Shown: one piece after another, positions 27,103-35,613 of the stretch
Numbering within the stretch: position 1 is the first letter of the stretch
Layout of the letters: the number at the start of each line of letters is the position of its first letter
Source of the DNA: Pseudomonadota bacterium
Lineage (GTDB): Bacteria; Pseudomonadota; Gammaproteobacteria; Steroidobacterales; JBCAXP01
Length of the DNA: 35,613 nt
NCBI GenBank assembly: GCA_038533995.1
Contig: JBCAXP010000003.1
Span: forward strand, 1 to 35,613
Reading direction: 5' to 3'
Translations under genes and position numbers: made by a program
Notes under the pieces: model-generated
Seen by the model: the letters and a program-made list of their open reading frames with translations, nothing else
Told to the model about the DNA's origin: nothing
The model's database searches: none

Positions 27103-27765
27103 TCACTCGCTGTCGTCCGGGTCCAGCAAGTCGCGAATACCGGTCAACTCCCCGTGAATCCACTCCAGCTCTCCGGGCCAGTCTGCGCCGGCGGGCGGGG
27201 CGGCGTCGGCGGCTCCGTCGCGTACCGGGGCCGGCGGTATGTCGCTGTCCGAAAGGCAGTGGCGAAAGCGCTGCGGCTCGGCCTCGTGGGTCTCGGGAAG
27301 GGCGGCTGCCAGCGGTTCCGGCTCGTGCGCAAGCAGCCGTTCGAGGGTCTCCCGGAACGCTTGCGCACTCTCGAACGAATGCAGCCGGCCGGCAGCTTCC
27401 ATCAGGTCCGCACTGCTGAGCGGGCCGCGCAGCATCAGCACGCTCAAGAGCGCGATGCCGTCGGGCCCCAGGTTCAGGGCGCGTTCCGCGCCGTGCTCGA
27501 CCTTCAGGGCGCGGCCGCCCTGGAGGATGCGCACGAGGCCACGTTGCGCGAGCCGATCCACCGCACCGTGCAGCAGGTGCTCGTGCCAGCTCACCACCGG
27601 GTCGCGCCCGGTCTTCTGGTTGCAGGCGTTACGCAGCCCGTTCATCGTCAGCGGGTAGTGACGCGGTGTGAGCACGGCCTTTTCCATCAGGCAGCCGAGT
27701 ACCCGTGTTTCGACGTCGTCCAGACGGGTATCCAGCGTGTCTTCGGTCAAGTCAAGCTGGCTCAT
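27103..27765 (-). CDS. YceH/DUF480 family protein
   Basis: E.RVLGCLMEK...TP..YPLT.N.L..ACNQKT.RDPV, LMLRGP; GGAGG RBS before ATG 27765. Confidence 0.88.
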   Translation of the reverse strand: MSQLDLTEDTLDTRLDDVETRVLGCLMEKAVLTPRHYPLTMNGLRNACNQKTGRDPVVSWHEHLLHGAVDRLAQRGLVRILQGGRALKVEHGAERALNLGPDGIALLSVLMLRGPLSSADLMEAAGRLHSFESAQAFRETLERLLAHEPEPLAAALPETHEAEPQRFRHCLSDSDIPPAPVRDGAADAAPPAGADWPGELEWIHGELTGIRDLLDPDDSE

Positions 27766-27901
27766 TACGTGACCTCCCGTATAATTCCGCGTAACTATAC
27801 ACCGCTGAAACCGGAGTGTTTTTGGTCCCATATTGGACACATTCCTGTTAAGCTTTGCAGTTAGCGTCCGTTATAAAGAGTTTTAGTGAGAAACCTTTAA
27901 T

Positions 27902-28951
27902 ATGTTCATGTTCCGTAGGGCATCCTATTTGTTGACCGCACTCGGCCTAAGCGTGTTTTTTGCCGGCACCGCAGTCGCGGATCTCAACGAGGCCCGCCAA
28001 CTCTACGAGCGCGGCGAGACCGATCGCGCGCTGCAGGAAATTGAATCGCTACTCCAGGCGGCGCCCGGGGACGCTGAGCTGCGCTTTCTCAAGGGCATTA
28101 TCTTTGCCGAGAAGGGCCGAAACGACGACGCTATCGAGGTCTTTGCCGGGCTGACTCAGGACTACCCGGAGCTGCCCGAGCCCTACAACAACCTCGCGGT
28201 GCTTTTCGCCGAGAAGGGTGATTTCGAAAAAGCGCGGGATTCACTGCTCGCCGCGATACAGACCCATCCCAGTTACTCCACGGCCCATGAAAACCTTGGC
28301 GATCTTTACGCAAAGATGGCCGCCACTGCGTACGACCGCGCGCTTCAGCAGGATCGCGCCAACGACTCTGCGCGGGTGAAGCTCTCGGCGGTGAACGGTT
28401 TGTTCTCGGTTCCGCGTGCCGACACACCACCGCCGGTCGCCGCGACCGTGGCCGACAACACGCCGGCGCCGCAGCCGGTAACGCCGGCACCCACGCAGCC
28501 GCCACCTCAGCAGCAGGAGCCGGTGAAGGTTGCAGTGGTCGAGCAGCCGGAGCCCACAGCGCCACCAGTGATCGAGCCGGAGCCCGAGCCGCCCGTGGTG
28601 CGTGACGAAAGCGCCGATATCGAGCGTGCTGTTCGCGGTTGGGCGAGTGCCTGGGAATCGCAGGACGTTGACGGATATCTGGCGTCCTACGGCGCCGGTT
28701 TCGTGCCTTCAAACGGTGCTTCGCGCGCCGCCTGGGCCAACTACCGGCGGCAGCGGCTGACCGCACCGTCAACCATCACCGTGGACATTGAGAATCTCGA
28801 CGTCAGCATGGTGAGCAGCGACGTTGCCCAGGCGGTGTTCGTGCAGCGCTACCGGTCAGACAACTACCGGGACGTGGTGCGCAAGACCCTGACGATGCGG
28901 AAGTCGCAGGCAGGCTGGCAGATTGTAGAAGAAAGCTCAGAAGCCATCTGA
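27902..28951 (+). CDS. Secreted TPR protein with a Pro-rich linker and a C-terminal NTF2-like (Csd6 C-terminal type) domain
   Basis: Signal peptide AVA-D; TPR motifs (YPELPEPYNNLAVL, AHENLGDLY); P/Q/E linker; W..AW..QD..YL..Y...F, F.Q.Y.SD, W.IV.E. Confidence 0.85.
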   Translation: MFMFRRASYLLTALGLSVFFAGTAVADLNEARQLYERGETDRALQEIESLLQAAPGDAELRFLKGIIFAEKGRNDDAIEVFAGLTQDYPELPEPYNNLAVLFAEKGDFEKARDSLLAAIQTHPSYSTAHENLGDLYAKMAATAYDRALQQDRANDSARVKLSAVNGLFSVPRADTPPPVAATVADNTPAPQPVTPAPTQPPPQQQEPVKVAVVEQPEPTAPPVIEPEPEPPVVRDESADIERAVRGWASAWESQDVDGYLASYGAGFVPSNGASRAAWANYRRQRLTAPSTITVDIENLDVSMVSSDVAQAVFVQRYRSDNYRDVVRKTLTMRKSQAGWQIVEESSEAI

Positions 28952-28999
28952 TCCGGCGACGGTGCAGATGGCAGCAATCCCCTTGGCTTGATTGAACGA

Positions 29000-30319
29000 A
29001 TGAGAAGAACGAAGTCTGGATGGAGGCGAAGCTGGCTCGGACTAGGTGGCGCTGCGTTGGTTTGTGCCATTTATCCCGCGTCGAGTGCCGACAACGCCGC
29101 CGCTTCGCCTGAAGATTACCTGATGGCGGCCAACACCGTGGCCACTTCGCCGGTCATGGCCATGGCGCCGACCGCGGCAGCGGTCAACACCAGTTCGCTC
29201 GGCATTACCGCGCTGTCGCAGCGGTCCACGCCAGAGCAGAAACTGCTCAGCGCGCTGGACACTTTCATGCAGGGCGACGTGGAATCGGCCATGTCTACCG
29301 TGCGTTCGCTGGTTGACGAAAAGCCAAACTTTCGACTGGCGCATCTCGTCCACGGCGACATGCTCGCCAGCCTGGCCGGCGAGCCGCTTTCCTTAAGCGC
29401 GGAATCCGGCATTCCCCGCGACGCGGTGGACGGTTTCATCGCGGAAGCGCGCCAGCGCGTCAAGCGGGCCGGTTTTGAACCGGGCTCGCGGCTGCCCTCG
29501 GCGCTATTGCAGTTTTCTCCCGAGCAGGAGTACGGCATTGTCGTGGACCTGTCCCGCTCGCGCCTGTACCTGTTTGGCAACGACAACGGCCAGCCCCGCC
29601 TCGTCAACGACTACTACGTGTCGGGCGGTAAGCGCGGCGCAGGCAAGGAAGTGAAGGGCGACAAGAAGACGCCGATCGGCGTCTACTTTGTGACCAGCCG
29701 GCTGCCCGGCGAAAAACTGCCGGACCGCTACGGCGCCATGGCCTTCCCGGTGGACTATCCCAACGATTGGGACCTGCGCCGTGGCCGTACCGGTGACGGC
29801 ATCTGGCTGCACGGTGTCACCGCGGCAACGTACAGCCGGCCGCCGCTCGACAGCGACGGCTGCGTGGCCATGAGTAACGACGACCTGTCGTCCATCGCCG
29901 ATCTGCTGGAGGCCGGCGTAACGCCGGTGGTGATCAGTGAGAGCCTCGACTGGGTGTCGCCCGAAGAAGTCCAGACCCGGCGCAACTCGCTCGAGCAGGC
30001 GCTGGAGCAGTGGCGCGCCGATTGGCAGAGTGGCGACACCGAACGCTACCTGGCCCACTACGCCGCTGACTTTACTGGCCGGGGCATGACGCGTGACGGC
30101 TGGGTGAACTACAAGCGGCAGGTCAACGAGAACAAGCAGTTCATCCGTATCACCATGAGCGACGTCAGCATGTTCGAGTACCCGAACGTCGACGACATGG
30201 CCGTGGTGACATTCGACCAGCGCTACGAAAGCGACCGCTTCGTATCCAACTCGCGCAAGCGCCAGTACTGGCAGCTCAAGCAGGGGCGCTGGCGGATCGT
30301 TTCAGAGAGCGCGATCTAG
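29000..30319 (+). CDS. L,D-transpeptidase (YkuD) family protein with a C-terminal NTF2-like domain (Csd6-like)
   Basis: VVDLS...LY, GDKKTPIGVYF, YPN.WD, GIWLHG...SDGCV (catalytic His/Cys); N-terminal signal with RRSWL. Start 29000 or 28988. Confidence 0.9.
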   Translation: MRRTKSGWRRSWLGLGGAALVCAIYPASSADNAAASPEDYLMAANTVATSPVMAMAPTAAAVNTSSLGITALSQRSTPEQKLLSALDTFMQGDVESAMSTVRSLVDEKPNFRLAHLVHGDMLASLAGEPLSLSAESGIPRDAVDGFIAEARQRVKRAGFEPGSRLPSALLQFSPEQEYGIVVDLSRSRLYLFGNDNGQPRLVNDYYVSGGKRGAGKEVKGDKKTPIGVYFVTSRLPGEKLPDRYGAMAFPVDYPNDWDLRRGRTGDGIWLHGVTAATYSRPPLDSDGCVAMSNDDLSSIADLLEAGVTPVVISESLDWVSPEEVQTRRNSLEQALEQWRADWQSGDTERYLAHYAADFTGRGMTRDGWVNYKRQVNENKQFIRITMSDVSMFEYPNVDDMAVVTFDQRYESDRFVSNSRKRQYWQLKQGRWRIVSESAI

Positions 30320-30327
30320 GCTTGGAA

Positions 30328-30384
30328 TCGCGGCTGGAAGCCGCTCCTACGGTCGTAGTCGGTAGGAGCGGCTTCCAGCCGCGA
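30328..30384. repeat. GTAG-family REP doublet (REPIN-like inverted pair)
   Basis: tcgcggctggaagccgctcctac (30328-30350) and its exact reverse complement gtaggagcggcttccagccgcga (30362-30384), 11-bp spacer; each arm is GTAG plus an internal palindrome. Confidence 0.9.
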
Positions 30385-30386
30385 AT

Positions 30387-30416
30387 AAAAAAAGGAGGGC
30401 ATCAGCCCTCCTTTTT
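30387..30416. terminator. Bidirectional intrinsic terminator
   Basis: aaaaaaa-ggagggc-atca-gccctcc-ttttt between the convergent L,D-transpeptidase gene and dsbA. Confidence 0.92.
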
Positions 30417-30440
30417 CGTTTCAGGCCTTCGACCTGGCAA

Positions 30441-31196
30441 TTACATCGTGCCGCTTTCCTCGGCGACCAGGTGGTCGATAATCTGGCGAAGCCTTGGCAG
30501 GCTCTTGGCCATCGAGGCCTGGGTAACGTACTTGCCGTTGATGACCAGCGCCGGAACGCTCGTAATGCGGTAGCGGCGGGCGAGGTCGTCGGCGCGGCGC
30601 AGGTTGGTGTCCACGCCGAACGAATTGAGCGCGTCGCGGAATTCGTCGGCGTCCACGCCCTGCGAAGCGAAAAACTTCACCAGCGCGTCTTCGTTGGCGA
30701 GGCGGTTCTTGCGAACGTGAATCTCCGCGAAGAAGGCCTCGTGCACGTCTTCGGTAACGCCCAGTGCCTCGGCGGCGTAGAACGCCCGGCTGTGCTGGCG
30801 CGCCATCGCGTTGAAGTTTGCCGGAATGCGAATGAAGTTGACGTTGGCGGGCATCGACTTTTTGTATTCCTGCACGAAGGGCTCAAGGCTGTAGCAGTGC
30901 GGGCAGCTGTACATGAAGACTTCGGCTACCTCCACGACGTCCGGCGAAGAGCTGGTTGGCTGTGCACTCGGCAGCACGCGGTAGTCGGTGCCCTGCACGA
31001 ATTTCGGACCCGCCGGTGCCGCAGCCGGGGCGGCCTGGGCGACCTGGATTGTTTCCTGAGTGGCCATGGGCTGGATCGCTGCGGGGGCCGGCGCCACGTC
31101 GACAGCGGCGTCGGCCGGTGCTTTCTGCGCGTTCAGCGTCATCCAGCCGGCGAGCGCGGCGAACACGGTCACTGACAGGGCGGTAAATTTCTTCAT
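30441..31196 (-). CDS. dsbA: Thiol:disulfide interchange protein DsbA
   Basis: EVFMYSCPHCY active site, cis-Pro loop TSVPALVINGKY; Ala/Pro-rich N-terminal extension. Confidence 0.93.
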   Translation of the reverse strand: MKKFTALSVTVFAALAGWMTLNAQKAPADAAVDVAPAPAAIQPMATQETIQVAQAAPAAAPAGPKFVQGTDYRVLPSAQPTSSSPDVVEVAEVFMYSCPHCYSLEPFVQEYKKSMPANVNFIRIPANFNAMARQHSRAFYAAEALGVTEDVHEAFFAEIHVRKNRLANEDALVKFFASQGVDADEFRDALNSFGVDTNLRRADDLARRYRITSVPALVINGKYVTQASMAKSLPRLRQIIDHLVAEESGTM

Positions 31197-31263
31197 TGGA
31201 ACACTCCGGGTGTTGTTGAGTTCTTGCGCTCTTCGGCGGCGCGTGCAAAGCGGCCGCCCATGA

Positions 31264-31291
31264 TGAGACGGCCGCCGGCGCCAAATAGTTC
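31264..31291 (-). promoter_or_regulatory. sigmaE (RpoE/AlgU)-type promoter for dsbA
   Basis: Minus strand GAACTA-N16-GTCTCA versus consensus GAACTT-N16/17-(G)TCNNA; lies ~70 bp upstream of dsbA. Confidence 0.65.
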
Positions 31292-31321
31292 AGCCTCCGA
31301 TTGTGGAGACTTGTGTTATGT

Positions 31322-31372
31322 CTGGACTACTGATTTGGCTGGACTGCTGATTTGTCTGCCCTGACTTGTCTA
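31322..31372. repeat. Short imperfect 17-bp tandem repeat in the c4-dsbA spacer
   Basis: ctggactactgatttgg / ctggactgctgatttgt / ctgccctgacttgt. Confidence 0.7.
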
Positions 31373-31380
31373 CCCTCGCC

Positions 31381-32004
31381 TCAGTCGGCACGGAGGCCCT
31401 GAATGTAGGAAGCCACCGCGGCAATTTCATCATCGCTCATCAGGGTGGCGACGTTGTTCATCATCTGGTTGCCGCCGACGCCCTTGCGGTCGCCGGAAGC
31501 GTACGCCTTGAGCTGGGCGGCGGTGTAGGTCGCGTGTTGGCCGCCGATGCGGGGCATAACGGCAGGGCCGTTGCCGGCGCCGGCCGGGCCATGGCATGCG
31601 ATACAGGCACTTACGCCGCTGTCCTTGTTGCCGCCGCGATAGATGCGCTGTCCCAGCCCCACGAGGGCAGGATCGGCTTCGCCGCCCTTCGGCGCTTGCG
31701 CTGCGAAGTAGGCTGAAAGGTCGTCGATGTCTTCATCGGACAGGTTGGTCGCCTGCGCGCTCATGAGCGCATTGACCCGATCACCGCCACGGAACGCCTT
31801 CATCTGCGCGACAAGGTAGCTCTCGTGCTGACCGGCGATGCTCGGCCACTGGGGGTTAACGCTGTTGCCATCTGCGCCATGGCAGGCGGCGCAGGTGATT
31901 GATTTTGCCTTGCCCGCTTCCGGATCGCCGGCCAGGGCCGGGGCTGCGAGCACGCTCACCAGGAGTAAGCTGGTCAAGGTTCTGGCAATAGCGGTGATGT
32001 GCAT
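31381..32004 (-). CDS. Di-heme cytochrome c4
   Basis: Signal peptide ALA-G; CAACHG and CIACHG heme motifs; P.IAGQH..Y; distal Met ligands; conserved position divergent from yihA. Confidence 0.95.
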   Translation of the reverse strand: MHITAIARTLTSLLLVSVLAAPALAGDPEAGKAKSITCAACHGADGNSVNPQWPSIAGQHESYLVAQMKAFRGGDRVNALMSAQATNLSDEDIDDLSAYFAAQAPKGGEADPALVGLGQRIYRGGNKDSGVSACIACHGPAGAGNGPAVMPRIGGQHATYTAAQLKAYASGDRKGVGGNQMMNNVATLMSDDEIAAVASYIQGLRAD

Positions 32005-32116
32005 TGTGTATTAGTCTCCGAGAAACCTGTTCAGGCGCCGGTTCCGGCCGCCACGACGGGTGCGCATTGTACACTACCCGCGCCCCGAATTTGCCACCCT
32101 GACTGAGGTCACCAGC

Positions 32117-32725
32117 GTGTACTCGGACACCCAGTATTTGACCAGCGCCAACGAGCGGGCGGGTTTCCCGCCAGACGTGGGTGTGGAGGTTGCCTTTGCC
32201 GGTCGCTCCAACGCCGGAAAATCCAGTGCAATCAATGCAATAACAGGCCGGAAAGGGCTTGCGCGAACCAGCAAGACGCCCGGCCGCACACAGCTGGTGA
32301 ACTTCTTTGCTCTGGATGATGAGCGGCGCCTCGTTGACCTGCCCGGCTACGGCTTTGCCCGTGTGCCGGCCTCGGTACGGCGCCACTGGCGCGTGCTGAT
32401 GACAGACTACTTCGAGGGCCGCCAGGCGCTGGCGGGTCTTGTGCTAATGATGGACATTCGCCGGGGAGTCACGGATTTCGACCGCCAGATGCTCGACTGG
32501 TCGGCCGCCTGTGGGTGCCCGGCGCACATTCTTCTGACCAAGGCCGACAAACTCAGCCGGGGTGCTGCGAGCAATACGCTCCACAAGGTGCGCCGGGAAA
32601 TCGGTGATGTCGCGACCGTTCAGCTCTTTTCCGCGTTGAAGGGCACCGGTGTCGGCGAGGCGCGGGAAGCGCTGGACAAGCTGCTGGGCCGCGAAGCAAA
32701 AAAAAGCCCCGGTGTTCAAAGCTAG
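32117..32725 (+). CDS. yihA: Ribosome biogenesis GTP-binding protein YihA/YsxC (EngB)
   Basis: [33 protein letters not shown]; GTG 32117 with GAGG RBS. Confidence 0.96.
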   Translation: MYSDTQYLTSANERAGFPPDVGVEVAFAGRSNAGKSSAINAITGRKGLARTSKTPGRTQLVNFFALDDERRLVDLPGYGFARVPASVRRHWRVLMTDYFEGRQALAGLVLMMDIRRGVTDFDRQMLDWSAACGCPAHILLTKADKLSRGAASNTLHKVRREIGDVATVQLFSALKGTGVGEAREALDKLLGREAKKSPGVQS

Positions 32726-32741
32726 GGGAAAACACCGGGGC
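32698..32741 (-). terminator. Intrinsic terminator of the sRNA (and probably of polA read-through)
   Basis: gccccggtgtt-N14-aacaccggggc (11-bp perfect stem) followed by 8 T on the minus strand; overlaps the yihA 3' end. Confidence 0.9.
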
Positions 32742-32818
32742 AGTTTGTACCCGGCATGGGGAGGCCGGGTTCCTGCTCGCTCAGGGAGGGTAACGAGCAA
32801 GCGTTTTTCTAACGCTCA
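32698..32818 (-). ncRNA. Small regulatory RNA downstream of polA with three C-rich loops (sX13/ErsA/Spot42 positional analogue)
   Basis: Own sigmaE-type promoter; stems with loops UUACCCUCCCUGA, CUCCCCAU and UUCCCCUAGCUUUG; the last stem is followed by U8. 5' end estimated from promoter spacing. Confidence 0.8.
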
Positions 32819-32823
32819 CTTCG

Positions 32824-32852
32824 TTGGATATATCGATTCACGGAATAGTTCC
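32824..32852 (-). promoter_or_regulatory. sigmaE-type promoter of the sRNA
   Basis: Minus strand GGAACTA-N17-TCCAA. Confidence 0.7.
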
Positions 32853-32914
32853 GCAGTGCACGATTTTTGCCCCGAAAGCAGGGTAATGTTTTTAAAAACA
32901 GCGTGTTGAGGCTA

Positions 32915-35470
<2,556 letters not shown>

Positions 35471-35485
<15 letters not shown>

Positions 35486-35613
35486 CCCATCCCTTGCCAG
35501 ACGCTCGTGGCCGGGAAGCTCCTCGCCCGAGGCGGGCTACTGGCGCTCCTAGTTGCCTCTGCGACGACAGTGGGGTTCCTCGTCGCCGGCGGCGGGGTGG
35601 GACGGTGGGCGCT
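35471..35613 (+). other. Unrelated coding fragment resembling an ABC-2-type permease, joined to polA
   Basis: Open plus frame LVLAQPIPCQTLVAGKLLARGGLLALLVASATTVGFLVAGGG resembles the GTLxLLLxQP...GK motif plus TM helix of ABC-2 permeases. Confidence 0.5.

Overview
GC-rich chromosomal window, most likely from a gammaproteobacterium (inferred from gene content and the polA-yihA-cytochrome c4-dsbA synteny). Left to right it holds: (1) a probable zinc-starvation cluster (M1 metallopeptidase running off the left edge, DUF3299 protein, FtsX/MacB-type permease with a His/Asp tandem repeat, ABC ATPase, Zur-like box, divergent MerC-domain gene); (2) a serine hydrolase and a lipoate-protein ligase; (3) a ~470 bp intergenic region with an exact copy of the 15-bp core of the Zur-like box, a sigma70 promoter and a run of hairpins; (4) a LacI-controlled sugar/polyol catabolic cluster (YidK-like SSS symporter, TonB-dependent receptor, LacI, Gfo/Idh/MocA, xylose-reductase-like AKR, At3g21360-like Fe/2OG dioxygenase); (5) cobT-cobS-cobC-cobO coupled behind an LplT/Aas-like MFS-acyltransferase; (6) housekeeping and envelope genes (degenerate pirin, SDR, DUF2333, GyrI-like, acyl-CoA dehydrogenase, rhomboid, YceH, TPR-NTF2 protein, Csd6-like L,D-transpeptidase, a REP doublet, dsbA, cytochrome c4, yihA); (7) an unannotated sRNA with three C-rich loops and a sigmaE-type promoter between polA and yihA, the Spot42/ErsA/sX13 position; (8) polA, whose 5' end is replaced by unrelated sequence in the last ~130 bp (probable chimeric contig end). 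No CRISPR array, tRNA, rRNA, transposase or phage gene was seen. All family assignments come from motif recognition by eye; no database searches were run.
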